The notes under the pieces are model-generated. The model was given only the letters and a program-made list of their open reading frames with translations, was not told where the DNA came from and made no database searches. 64,000 nt of DNA from IMG/VR virus record IMGVR_UViG_3300007770_000003; one strand, written 5' to 3'. Positions 9,631-18,913 of this stretch are shown piece by piece. Source of the DNA: an uncultured virus (IMG/VR IMGVR_UViG_3300007770_000003). Lineage: Duplodnaviria; Heunggongvirae; Uroviricota; Caudoviricetes. A program made the position numbers and the translations under genes. The number at the start of each line of letters is the position of its first letter. Position 1 is the stretch's first letter.

Positions 9631-10518
9631 ATGAGCCGCACGATCATCGTCGGAGACGTTCACGGAATGCGGGAGGAGCTGGTAGCCCTCCTCGCCAAGG
9701 TACGCCTGAAGAAGCGAGACCATCTCGTCATGGCGGGAGATCTGGTCGATAAGGGGCCCGACTCCGCTGGTGTCGTCCAACACCTCCGAGGACTCCGCGA
9801 CCAGGGCTTCCGCATCACCCTGGTGATGGGGAACCATGAGGCAAAGCACGCCCTCTTCCGTGACCAGCACAAGAAGGGTCGTGGACAGGGGATGAAGGGC
9901 TACGCCGAGCTGAAGAGCATCACCGACGCCCTGAGCAAGGATGACGTGGCGTTCCTGAACACCGCCGTGCTCTTCCTCCGACTGCCGGAACACAGAGCCC
10001 TCGTCGTCCACGCCGGGATCCCCGGGACCCTCACCGAGCTGCCCGAGTCCGCGGCTGGCTTGAACCACAAGTCCGGCGCCATCGCCCAGGTTCTCCGCGT
10101 CCGACACATCACCGGCAAGGCCCACTCCCGGCTCACGGTGGAGTTCTCGACCGATCGGGACCTCACCTCCTTCAACTCGAATTCTCTGGCTGCCCCCCAG
10201 CTCGGGGACATGGAGGGGCGGATCATCAAGAAGATCGTGAAGCCCCGGGGGAGCTTCATCAAGCTGGGCAAGGAGACCTCGGAGGATCCCTTCTGGGCTG
10301 ACGTCTACGACGGTAGGTTCGGGGAGGCCTTCTTCGGTCACAGTCCCTTCATCGGCTCCGAGCCTCAGTGCTTCGTCCACGCCACCGGCCTGGACACAGG
10401 TGCCGTGTTCGGGGGACACCTGACCGCAGCCGTGCTGGAGCCCGGCGTCAGTGGCTACTTCGTCAGCGTCCAGGCCAGCAAGAGATACGCTGACCCCCTC
10501 GCCGCTTTCGACGAGTAG
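9631..10518 (+). CDS. Metallophosphoesterase (PPP/ApaH/PrpE-like)
   Basis: GDVHG, GDLVDKGP, GNHE, VHAG, FGH and LDTGAVFGGHLTA motifs. Confidence 0.92.
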   Translation: MSRTIIVGDVHGMREELVALLAKVRLKKRDHLVMAGDLVDKGPDSAGVVQHLRGLRDQGFRITLVMGNHEAKHALFRDQHKKGRGQGMKGYAELKSITDALSKDDVAFLNTAVLFLRLPEHRALVVHAGIPGTLTELPESAAGLNHKSGAIAQVLRVRHITGKAHSRLTVEFSTDRDLTSFNSNSLAAPQLGDMEGRIIKKIVKPRGSFIKLGKETSEDPFWADVYDGRFGEAFFGHSPFIGSEPQCFVHATGLDTGAVFGGHLTAAVLEPGVSGYFVSVQASKRYADPLAAFDE

Positions 10519-10551
10519 CCCACCCTGACCGGTCAGGGAGTATGGAAGAGT

Positions 10552-10881
10552 ATGGACACTCCGAAAGCTCCCTGGCCCACGGGCCGCATAGCACACTCCA
10601 ACCTGACCGGATGCGTCTTCCCGGTCCAGGGTGAACACCTCGCCCTGATCGCGGCGACAGGCTCACCTCACCTGTACATGCCCGTGTTCAGCGACGTGGA
10701 TGACATGAGAGCTATGATGGCTCGACTCGACATTCCCTTCGATGGGGTCAAGCAGATCCAAGAACACGATAGCTTTATCGCCTCCGTCCCTCGATCTGTT
10801 GGGGAGCAAGATCTGAAGATTATCGTAGACCTTGAGGTCACCCCACAAGGCACCTTCCGGTGGTTGGAGATCCCAGGATGA
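10552..10881 (+). CDS. Hypothetical protein
   Basis: 109-aa ORF whose stop overlaps the next start (ATGA). Confidence 0.6.
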   Translation: MDTPKAPWPTGRIAHSNLTGCVFPVQGEHLALIAATGSPHLYMPVFSDVDDMRAMMARLDIPFDGVKQIQEHDSFIASVPRSVGEQDLKIIVDLEVTPQGTFRWLEIPG

Positions 10882-11618
10882 GAATCTTCTTGATCCGACA
10901 TGGAGAGTCGCAGGGCAACGTGGACCGAAATGTCCACAAGACGATGGCGGACCACGTCATCCCCCTCTCTGAACGGGGGATCGGACAGGCCCAGAGATGT
11001 GGGGCTTGGCTTCAGCGGTACTTCCCGTCGCCGCCCGAGTACCTCCAGGCATCATTCGCTTCACACCTCACCCCAGGAGAACGAGAGGCCCTCCCTCCTC
11101 TGATCCGGGGAGGGAAGCCCTTCCTCTGGAATAGCCCCTACCGAAGGGCTCGTCAGACCGCAGACCACATCGAGGACATGCTCTCGCCCATCCTCCGCGG
11201 ACGAAAAGAGCACGTCCTCCTCGGAGAACAGCAATTCGGACTCTTCGACGGGCTCTCCGATGAAGAGTGTGCCGAGCGATTCCCCCTGCGAAACTACCAC
11301 TACATGAAAACGATGAAGGCATCCGGGAAGTTCTGGGCTCCTATGCCCCTGGGGGAATCACGCTTCAACGTTGCCGTGCGAGTCCATCAGGCATTCGGCA
11401 CCTTCCACCGGGACGCCGAGAAACACGGGATCAAAAACCTGATCGTGGTCGCCCACGGGACCACGATCAGGTGCTTCGTCATGATGTGGCTCCACAAGCC
11501 CTACGAGTGGATTGAGCGAGAGCCCAACCCCAAAAACTGCTCCGTCCGGCTGATCGAAGACGGAGAGGACAAGGGCTACATCTTCCCGGGCTTCGATCGG
11601 GAGCCTCAGAGCACCTGA
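10878..11618 (+). CDS. Histidine phosphatase (phosphoglycerate mutase-like)
   Basis: LIRHGES, SPYRRARQTA, GES and VAHG motifs. Confidence 0.92.
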   Translation: MRIFLIRHGESQGNVDRNVHKTMADHVIPLSERGIGQAQRCGAWLQRYFPSPPEYLQASFASHLTPGEREALPPLIRGGKPFLWNSPYRRARQTADHIEDMLSPILRGRKEHVLLGEQQFGLFDGLSDEECAERFPLRNYHYMKTMKASGKFWAPMPLGESRFNVAVRVHQAFGTFHRDAEKHGIKNLIVVAHGTTIRCFVMMWLHKPYEWIEREPNPKNCSVRLIEDGEDKGYIFPGFDREPQST

Positions 11619-12535
11619 GCGACAAACTCCGCGACCGCTCGCCGCCACTTCTTCTTGTCGTACCGCTTCAGAGCCAGGAAGAAGCTGTGGGCTTCGCCCG
11701 GCCCACTTGGAGAGTCCCCGACGAAAACTCGGGCGGACGCCCGAAGGTCGGTAGACCGGGGAGCCACGTCGGACATGAAGGTGTCGATCGCGTCCTGAAG
11801 GCGCGTGTCAAACTCCACGTCCAACAAGGCGTGCTCATCCTCAAAGCGGAGACCCTCGGGGGCTGGAGAGGCGTGACCCCTCTCGCCACCTGCTGAAGAC
11901 ACCCCCGTGGCCTCTCTCAGCAAGTCCTGGGAGAGGTGCTGAAGCTCATGGCGGATATCCCGAAAGACCTTCTGGACGTACTCAGAGACATTCCTCTTTG
12001 AGTGCAGCTTAGACTCCGGGAACCCCCAAACGGTCAGGAACCCGTTTCTCCAAGTAGCCGCTGCGTCGGCATGTCTCCGCTTTGGGTAAATGACCGCTGT
12101 GACCGGGTCATAGGTCTTGTCAAACATCCACAGCGAATCAGGATCTTCCCGTCGCCGCTGGTCCAACAACCCCTGGACATAAGACTCGTGCTTCCAGCCC
12201 CGAAGGTCCAGGGGAAATTCTCCCTTGATCTGAGCTGGAGATGCCCCGCGATCGGGACGCCCGCCCATCCGACGAGCGTCCCGCTCCAACCCAGCCCACA
12301 CTTCCCGCTGCTCATCCCGAAGAGCCTCAGCGTCCGACAGGCTGATTCCAAACGGGCCACCCGTCAGGTGGTCCAGCGAGACCCACTTCTCCCGCCGCTG
12401 GCCCACCTGTCGGAAAATCTCCGACCCGACATGCTGAAGGACCCAACGTTGAACCGCCTCCACCATCGCAGGAGGAGCCTTCAGGACACCCCCGCTCAAA
12501 TGACGGTAGGCGACCCTCTGAGGAGAGGGACGCAC
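11606..12535 (-). CDS. Hypothetical protein with HExxH motif and N-terminal RVAYRHL peptide
   Basis: 309 aa; IRHELQHLSQ with a downstream E. Follows 12540-13196 in the same direction. Confidence 0.6.
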   Translation of the reverse strand: MRPSPQRVAYRHLSGGVLKAPPAMVEAVQRWVLQHVGSEIFRQVGQRREKWVSLDHLTGGPFGISLSDAEALRDEQREVWAGLERDARRMGGRPDRGASPAQIKGEFPLDLRGWKHESYVQGLLDQRRREDPDSLWMFDKTYDPVTAVIYPKRRHADAAATWRNGFLTVWGFPESKLHSKRNVSEYVQKVFRDIRHELQHLSQDLLREATGVSSAGGERGHASPAPEGLRFEDEHALLDVEFDTRLQDAIDTFMSDVAPRSTDLRASARVFVGDSPSGPGEAHSFFLALKRYDKKKWRRAVAEFVAQVL

Positions 12536-12539
12536 GGGA

Positions 12540-13196
12540 TCAATCCATCGCGCAGTATTGATGATACTTGATGCCCGCGGACCTCATCTCGGACAGGATC
12601 TCCCCGAAGGTCATCGACTGGAGGCGGGTCTTGTTGTCCTGAACCCAACGGTAGAAGACCTTGATGCTCCGCTTGCCTCCCTTGGCGGCCGGGATGCAGG
12701 TGGGGAGGTTGTAGTGGTCGTTCTTGTCCCGGATGAGGAAGCTGTCGTACTCCGCCCGCACCCGGACATTCGCCCAGGACTCCTCAAAGGGCTGGAATCC
12801 CGCAGGCCGGACCCGGACTCCCTTATCCTGAGAGCGGCTCAACAAGACCCCGTGCTCTTCCGCGATTCGCTCCGCCTCGCGAGCCGCAGCCCCGTAGCTG
12901 GACCGGGGGAGAGACCGAATCCACTCGGACACGGCAGCCTGAGCCTCCTTATCCCACAGGAACTCCAAGCTGTGGAGAGCGCGGGAATCTACCATCTTCC
13001 CACGCTTGCCAGCGAAGGTCAGATCCGTGATCCTGACCGCGTCGTTGAAGACATGCCAGCGAAGATCGCCCTGTTCCCCACCCTTACCCGAATTCGGAAG
13101 GGTAAAACGAGACGTGAGCACCCGGAGGAGGCTCGGACGCAGCTCCTCATGCTGGTGCGCGAGACGGATAATCTGAGAGCGAAGAGCCACGAGCAA
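12540..13196 (-). CDS. Hypothetical protein, possible virion-associated
   Basis: 218 aa with an AAGGAGG RBS, preceded by a TAG-N6-TATAG motif. Confidence 0.6.
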   Translation of the reverse strand: MLVALRSQIIRLAHQHEELRPSLLRVLTSRFTLPNSGKGGEQGDLRWHVFNDAVRITDLTFAGKRGKMVDSRALHSLEFLWDKEAQAAVSEWIRSLPRSSYGAAAREAERIAEEHGVLLSRSQDKGVRVRPAGFQPFEESWANVRVRAEYDSFLIRDKNDHYNLPTCIPAAKGGKRSIKVFYRWVQDNKTRLQSMTFGEILSEMRSAGIKYHQYCAMD

Positions 13197-13241
13197 CCTC
13201 CTTCACCCCCTGACCTCTATAAAGAGCCTACCGATGCTGAC

Positions 13242-13862
13242 ATGCCCCGCAAGCTGAACCCCGCCATCCCCGAAGCGAGGCGACACCTCCGCCGGAAGAT
13301 CACTCGGTGGACTCAAGCCCTCGACGCCTTCTATCGGAAGGTGGACGCTATTGAAGCGGAACCCCTCCGGTGGGCTGTCCGAGCCATCATCAAGAGCATC
13401 CTCTCCGGTCACGGTGAATTCCATATCCGCGGCTCGAAAGGAAAAAACACCCACCTCCGAGTCACAAACCTGGACCTCGATGACTCCGCGGTCGATCTCA
13501 TCCTCGACCAGCTCCAACGAGCTGGGGTAAACGCCGAAGAGACCATCGACAGGGCCGGGATCTTCCTCCTCACCACGGTTCAGGGGTCTGAGCTAGACTT
13601 CCTGGGGTGGGCGTTCAGACACCTCCATTTCGAGGCCGGTGACAACGTGAACGCCGTCCACGACCGGATCATCTACAACCCCTCCGCGGCGAGAATCGTC
13701 GGGGTGGTGTCCAAGTTCGACCCCGACCAGAAGCTCATCGTCCCGCCAGTCATGCTAAACCGCCTGCTGGATAAGGATGGAGGCGACCGAGCCCCCCTCT
13801 CCGTCCGATGCCTGGACCTGCTGGTCCCCAACCAGCAGGCGAAATCACACAAGGGAGGGTGA
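13242..13862 (+). CDS. Hypothetical protein
   Basis: 3' part of track ORF 12558-13862 starting at ATG 13242 (MPRKLNP). The upstream part is the antisense shadow of 12540-13196. Confidence 0.6.
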   Translation: MPRKLNPAIPEARRHLRRKITRWTQALDAFYRKVDAIEAEPLRWAVRAIIKSILSGHGEFHIRGSKGKNTHLRVTNLDLDDSAVDLILDQLQRAGVNAEETIDRAGIFLLTTVQGSELDFLGWAFRHLHFEAGDNVNAVHDRIIYNPSAARIVGVVSKFDPDQKLIVPPVMLNRLLDKDGGDRAPLSVRCLDLLVPNQQAKSHKGG

Positions 13863-13946
13863 ACTTTTCCCCGCCCTGGGGGGCGGGTTTCCGTCGCGAG
13901 ACGGTAGAAAACCGCGACCACAAAAAGAAAACAGGAGTCTCCCTCT

Positions 13947-14993
13947 ATGTCCACCGCCCTTATCCACTGCCCCCTGCACTCTGGACAGCTCGGGCACTTC
14001 TACCAGGAGTGGAAAGACGGGACCTTGGTCCTCAACCCGGAGTTTCAGCGGTCCAACATGGTCTGGGATCAGATCCGCAAGTCTCGACTGATCGAGAGCG
14101 TGATCATCGGGTTCCCCGTCCCGCCTGTCTTCCTGACCGAGGCCGCAGACCACAAGCGAGAGGTCGTGGACGGGCTCCAGCGACTCACGGCGATCTTCGG
14201 GTTCATGGACGGGGACTTCGCCCTGAAGGGCATGGAGTGGCTGGAAAAGGCCGAGGGGATGAAGTTCGACGACCTCGGGGAGGGAGTCCGGACCAGGATC
14301 ACCCGCGGGTCGCTGGGCTTCTACACCCTCCCCGCCGACAACCCCAAGTGGAAGGGGAAGCTGAAGCACATCATGTTCAACCGCCTCAACGCCGGGGTCG
14401 CCGTCAACGGAATCGAGCGGATCATGGGCTCCCTCCCCGGGGAAGGGACCACCCTGGTCAACGCCACCGCTCAGGACTTCCTGGCCCTCTGGCCCAAGAA
14501 GCAGAAGGGGCTCGTCCGCCGGTCGAAGCACCTCCTCTACGGACTCTCCGGCCTCATCGCCGTCCAGGCGACCCTCGGGGCAGACTGCGTCAAGGTCGGG
14601 GCGATCGACTTCCGCCGGGGCGGACGGAACCCCTGGGAGACCCTGATGGCTCAGGCTCTCCAGGCTCTCAATCAAGCCTCCGCCCAGGACCGAGATGACC
14701 TTCAGGAGGCCGCCAAGGAAGCCCTCCTGACCACCGCCGCCGTCTTCGATCGCCCCTTCGTCACCTGGAGGGAAGACGGACGCTACAACTCCGGCGTGAA
14801 GGACGCCGCCATCGTCGTCCAGATGTGGGGCTTCGCTCGACCCTCCCAGAAGGATCAAGCCCACTGGATCGCCAACAAGGCCAAGGTGGAAGACGCCTGG
14901 AAGGAGCTGTGTCTCACCCAAAAGATCAACCATCAGGCGAACACCATGTTCGCCACCCTCAAGGCGTGGGGGGACACCCTCGACAAGATCTGA
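13947..14993 (+). CDS. DUF262 (ParB/Srx-fold, GmrS-like) domain protein
   Basis: PEFQRSNMVW, LIESVIIGFPVP, VVDGLQRL and FNRLN motifs; AGGAG RBS. Confidence 0.9.
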   Translation: MSTALIHCPLHSGQLGHFYQEWKDGTLVLNPEFQRSNMVWDQIRKSRLIESVIIGFPVPPVFLTEAADHKREVVDGLQRLTAIFGFMDGDFALKGMEWLEKAEGMKFDDLGEGVRTRITRGSLGFYTLPADNPKWKGKLKHIMFNRLNAGVAVNGIERIMGSLPGEGTTLVNATAQDFLALWPKKQKGLVRRSKHLLYGLSGLIAVQATLGADCVKVGAIDFRRGGRNPWETLMAQALQALNQASAQDRDDLQEAAKEALLTTAAVFDRPFVTWREDGRYNSGVKDAAIVVQMWGFARPSQKDQAHWIANKAKVEDAWKELCLTQKINHQANTMFATLKAWGDTLDKI

Positions 14994-15192
14994 AAACCTC
15001 CCGCGAGCGGTCCCGAGGCGACAAAACCCCAGGGGGCGCTCGCAGGCAGGGTAAACCTCCAGATTCCTTTGAGAATTGAGATCTTTGACAGCCCCGGAGG
15101 CGTCCACAACCTGTGGATAACCCTGTGCATAAGTAACCCGCTCGAAAACTACCCTCTCGATCCGCTATTTAAGCAGATCGAGAGAACCCAGG
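14994..15192 (+). promoter_or_regulatory. CRISPR leader 1
   Basis: Collinear homology with 33825-34024: GCGAGCGG..CAAAACCCC..CGCTCGC, TCCACAACCTGTGGATAACCCTGTGCATAA, CCGCTCGAAAAC and a terminal hairpin. Confidence 0.85.
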
Positions 15193-15465
15193 GTCTCAAT
15201 ACCTGCCGACCTCCTAGGAGGATGGCAAGACTCCCGGCCTGGGATCACCGAAGACGTGGTTAAGGAGGAGGTCTCAATACCTGCCGACCTCCTAGGAGGA
15301 TGGCAAGTGCTCGATGAGGTGGTGATCCCCGGGAATAGCACGATGGTCTCAATACCTGCCGACCTCCTAGGAGGATGGCAAGAGGTCCAAGCATCCCGGG
15401 ACTTCCCGCTCTTGACAGGCCGTCTCAATACCTGCCGACCTCCTAGGATGGGAAGGGAAGGCAAC
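15193..15465 (+). CRISPR. CRISPR array 1: three perfect 37-bp repeats plus one degenerate repeat, three spacers
   Basis: Repeat GTCTCAATACCTGCCGACCTCCTAGGAGGATGGCAAG at 15193, 15271 and 15346; degenerate copy at 15422. Spacers are 41, 38 and 39 bp. Confidence 0.97.
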
Positions 15466-15502
15466 GGAGATAGGGTCGATCGAGAGGCTATCTCCGTTGC
15501 CT
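15459..15502 (+). terminator. Hairpin at the trailer end of array 1
   Basis: AGGCAACGGAGATAG...CTATCTCCGTTGCCT is a 15-bp perfect inverted repeat. Confidence 0.55.
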
Positions 15503-15530
15503 GTTGACCTCTTCAGAGGATGGGAATAGC

Positions 15531-15557
15531 GGTAACTTTTTGAGGGCGGGGCGTATA
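15531..15557 (+). promoter_or_regulatory. Class I promoter-like motif
   Basis: GTAAC-N15-CGTATA upstream of rIIA. Confidence 0.7.
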
Positions 15558-15581
15558 GGGGGGGACACGAGGGCTGGCCCA

Positions 15582-17735
15582 TTGATTCCTGAGAACATTC
15601 GACGACACGCTGAAACCTCACCTCCCCTTCGCCGCGGGGCTTTCGGCATCTCTCGGGAGAACCTCGCCTATGTGGCGTCGCTCCTCCGCGACCTGTACTC
15701 GAACAAGGCTCGGGCCTTGCTGCGGGAGTACCACTCCAATGGAGCTGACGCTCATGTGGAGGCGGGTATTCCTGATCGTCCGGTCAAGGTCGTCCTCCCC
15801 ACGGAGATCTCCCCGATCATGGTGGTCCGGGATTGGGGTCCGGGGTTGTCTGAGGAGAACATGTACGCCGTGTTTTCTCAGTACGGGGCGAGCACGAAGC
15901 GAGAGACGAACGACCAGCACGGGATGATGGGCATCGGGAGCAAGGCGGCGTTCTCGCTGACAGACTCCTTCCAGGTCACTTCCTGGTTCAACGGGGTGAA
16001 GACCGTCTATATCGCCTACCTCGACGAGTCGGACATGGGGATGTTGGACAAAGTCCATGAGTCCCCCTGCGAGGATGAGACGGGTCTGGAGATCCGAGCG
16101 ACGGTCCCTCAGGAAGAGGTCCCGCACTTCCACCGAGAGGCTTGCTTCCTCTTCCGCTGGGTGAACCCCCAGCCGGAGATCAACATCGATCTCCCCGAGC
16201 CCGTGACGGGGCTCACCAGCGACCTGGGGGCGATCCTCCCTGAGGAGCCGGAGTGGCTCGCGGTGATGGGTGGTGTCCCCTATGTGATCGACCGAGAGCT
16301 ACTCGCTGGGATCGTGGGTCCCCGACTGGAGACCTCCATCCGAATGTCCTCGGGCGTGTTCATGTTCACCATCGGGGAGGTGGACATTGCCCCGAACCGG
16401 GAAGGGTTGAAGTTCACGAAGAAGACCCGGAAGCGGATCCGCCGGGCCGCCTGGGATACCCTCATGCACTTCGTGGGGGAGGCCAGGGAGATCGCCCTGG
16501 ACACCTCTCGATCTCCCTGGGAGCGGCGGCTGAACCTCCTCCAGTGGAAGTCACAAGCGGGGGCTCTCCCGTGGCCTGAGGAGGCTGACGGGCTGAATAG
16601 TCCTATCGTGAAGATGTTCACGGGTGAAGTCATCAACAACGACGGGGAGCCGGTCCTGACGGACGGGAAGGTCACCTACGACAAGCCCAGGACGTTCCAC
16701 CTCCGGAAGCTGCGGGGCGGGAGGTACCGCAACTCCATCACGCTGTCGGATGACTTCAACATCCGGATCGGGGAGCTAACTCGGATCATCATTCATGACA
16801 GCCTCAAGCCGGTATCTCGCTTCGTGGACACTGGCACCCCGGAGAGGGTCGTCATCGTCGCCAAGGGCTACTCTCTTCTGGACGTCCAGGCGGAGCTTCA
16901 GGAGCGTCTCCGCCTGAAGGGGTTGGAGGGCATCCCGATCCTTCGGACCTCGGAGATGAAGAGGATCCCCAAGACGCGGTCTGCCACCTCCCGGACCTTC
17001 AACCCGAAGCACAAGGCTCGCTGGTTCAAGCTCACCAGCACCCATGACCCGGGCCGGAGCCGATCTGCCAACTGGAGCATCGTCGAAGACCTGGACGATA
17101 TCGAGCCGGGGAGTATCGCGGTGGTCCTGAGCCACTTCTACCCCCGCGGCTTCGGGAGCAACTTCTACAGTATCATCCGAGCCATCAGGTCCATCGAGAT
17201 GGCGGCTGGTCGGTCGCCCACCCCTATCTACGGGATGAAGACGCTGGACCGGGATCCGGTGACGATTGAAATGGTCGTGGAGCAGTGTCAAGGGGTAGAC
17301 CTCCAGAAATGGATGACAGACTTTCTGGAGTCTGAAGCCCCTGACAACATCTCCGATCTGTGCCGAGCCCGGCGGGTGGGGGAACTCTTCCGGTGGCAGA
17401 GGAAGCATTTCCGGGCGGTCCGAGAGCTGTTCAAGGAGCATCCTGTCGGGCAGCGTCACACCATCGCCCGCTACTGTCGCCTCATCCTCGACGACTACGA
17501 CCTGTGGAAGGCTCTGCCCGCGGCAGAGAAGCAGCAGGTAAACAGGCTCGTGATGCTGTACCAACACACCAAGGAGGGTCGTAAGCTTGTTCGCAACTAC
17601 CCTCACCACGCCAAGCTCCGCAAGATTCTCATTCAGTACCCCCTCCTCGCCATCCGGAGTGACCTCAAGGTCATCGCTCAGAACCCGGAGCCCTGGATGG
17701 AGTACATCACCCTGATGGACAACAAGGATTCCTGA
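15582..17735 (+). CDS. rIIA: rIIA-like protein (GHKL/HATPase N-terminal domain)
   Basis: LYSN..LLREYHSNGADAH, DWGPGLS and YGASTKR..GMMGIGSKAAFS motifs; coupled to an rIIB-like gene. Start refined to TTG 15582, downstream of a promoter motif. Confidence 0.88.
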   Translation: MIPENIRRHAETSPPLRRGAFGISRENLAYVASLLRDLYSNKARALLREYHSNGADAHVEAGIPDRPVKVVLPTEISPIMVVRDWGPGLSEENMYAVFSQYGASTKRETNDQHGMMGIGSKAAFSLTDSFQVTSWFNGVKTVYIAYLDESDMGMLDKVHESPCEDETGLEIRATVPQEEVPHFHREACFLFRWVNPQPEINIDLPEPVTGLTSDLGAILPEEPEWLAVMGGVPYVIDRELLAGIVGPRLETSIRMSSGVFMFTIGEVDIAPNREGLKFTKKTRKRIRRAAWDTLMHFVGEAREIALDTSRSPWERRLNLLQWKSQAGALPWPEEADGLNSPIVKMFTGEVINNDGEPVLTDGKVTYDKPRTFHLRKLRGGRYRNSITLSDDFNIRIGELTRIIIHDSLKPVSRFVDTGTPERVVIVAKGYSLLDVQAELQERLRLKGLEGIPILRTSEMKRIPKTRSATSRTFNPKHKARWFKLTSTHDPGRSRSANWSIVEDLDDIEPGSIAVVLSHFYPRGFGSNFYSIIRAIRSIEMAAGRSPTPIYGMKTLDRDPVTIEMVVEQCQGVDLQKWMTDFLESEAPDNISDLCRARRVGELFRWQRKHFRAVRELFKEHPVGQRHTIARYCRLILDDYDLWKALPAAEKQQVNRLVMLYQHTKEGRKLVRNYPHHAKLRKILIQYPLLAIRSDLKVIAQNPEPWMEYITLMDNKDS

Positions 17736-18883
17736 TGCCTTACTACTCTCTGAGAGACGCCTCGCTGACGGTAACCCTGGACAACGGTGAGACCTTCACG
17801 GTCTTGAAGGAGAACCCGGACTACGATCGGGCTTGCCGGATGGTTCTGGAGAAGAAGTGGGATGGTATCAAGGATCTGCTGTCCCCCGCCGCGAAGATCG
17901 CCCATTGGGCGGCGATGGCTGGCTTCAAGATGAAGGACAACCACATCCAGTACCAGGGCTACCCTATCCCCGCTGACCTCAACAAGCGGATCGTAGCCAT
18001 GATGGGGCAGGGGACCTGCATCGACCCCATGTTCCGCTTCATCCAGCGGCTCAGCCGGAACCCCTCCTACAGGTCCGTCCAGCAGCTCTTCACCTTCCTT
18101 CAGCACTGCGGGATTCCGATCACGAAGAGGGGGACCTTCCTCGCCTACAAGGGTGTCAAGGCGGACTACACCGACTGCCACACGGGGAAGATCTCCAACC
18201 GCCCGGGGGCGGAGGTGACCTACCCCCGCAACCGGGTCTCGGATGATCCCCGGACCCCCTGTCATGAGGGGCTCCATGTCGGGGATCTGTCCTACGCCCA
18301 GGGGTTCGCTCAGGGCAGGGTCGTGATCTGCGAAGTGGATCCCGAGAACGTGGTCTGCGTCCCCTACGACGCGAGCCACCGGAAGATGCGACTCTGCGCC
18401 TACAAGGTGGTCGGGAACTATGGCGACAAGCTGGACGATCTGTTCCAGCCCTCCGAGGAGATCCCGGAGATCGAGAGCCTGAGCACTCCGGCGGGGCCCG
18501 GCGAGCCCGAAGAGGAGGGCTTCGATCCAGAGCTGGGGGATGATGACTACGACGACGGCTACCTCCTCGACTCGGACGAAGACGAGGATGAGCTGGACGA
18601 GCCCCTGGCTTCCCTGGAGGCCGCACTCGGTGACTCCACCCCGGCTCCCACGGTGGAGCAGGTGGGGGCCGCGACGGTCACCCACCCCCTCCCCGCTCCG
18701 CCGGAAGAGGAGGAGCCGGTGTGGGCCTATCTCCGTGAGATCCGGGATCGGGACGTGCTCCTGACGAAGAACCTCCAGCACCTCCGGAAGTACGCGAGGC
18801 ACGACCTGACGATCGTCGGGGCTTCCAAGATCCGCGGCGGGAAGATCGCCCTGGTCGATCGCATCCTCGCGACCCTGGAGTAA
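17735..18883 (+). CDS. rIIB: rIIB-like protein with acidic C-terminal region
   Basis: RLSRNPSYRSVQQLFTFL, GTFLAYK, DCHTGKISN, CHEGLHVG, VVCVPYD and KMRLCAYKV motifs. Confidence 0.9.
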   Translation: MPYYSLRDASLTVTLDNGETFTVLKENPDYDRACRMVLEKKWDGIKDLLSPAAKIAHWAAMAGFKMKDNHIQYQGYPIPADLNKRIVAMMGQGTCIDPMFRFIQRLSRNPSYRSVQQLFTFLQHCGIPITKRGTFLAYKGVKADYTDCHTGKISNRPGAEVTYPRNRVSDDPRTPCHEGLHVGDLSYAQGFAQGRVVICEVDPENVVCVPYDASHRKMRLCAYKVVGNYGDKLDDLFQPSEEIPEIESLSTPAGPGEPEEEGFDPELGDDDYDDGYLLDSDEDEDELDEPLASLEAALGDSTPAPTVEQVGAATVTHPLPAPPEEEEPVWAYLREIRDRDVLLTKNLQHLRKYARHDLTIVGASKIRGGKIALVDRILATLE

Positions 18884-18913
18884 CTCATAGGCAACTACTA
18901 CTTCGGAGATAGC

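Noticed and set aside
15165..15507. Track ORFs across array 1 with repeated peptides (CHPPRRSAGIET, VSIPADLLGGWQ)
   Set aside because: These are translations of the CRISPR repeats, not genes. The same applies to 34076-34273.
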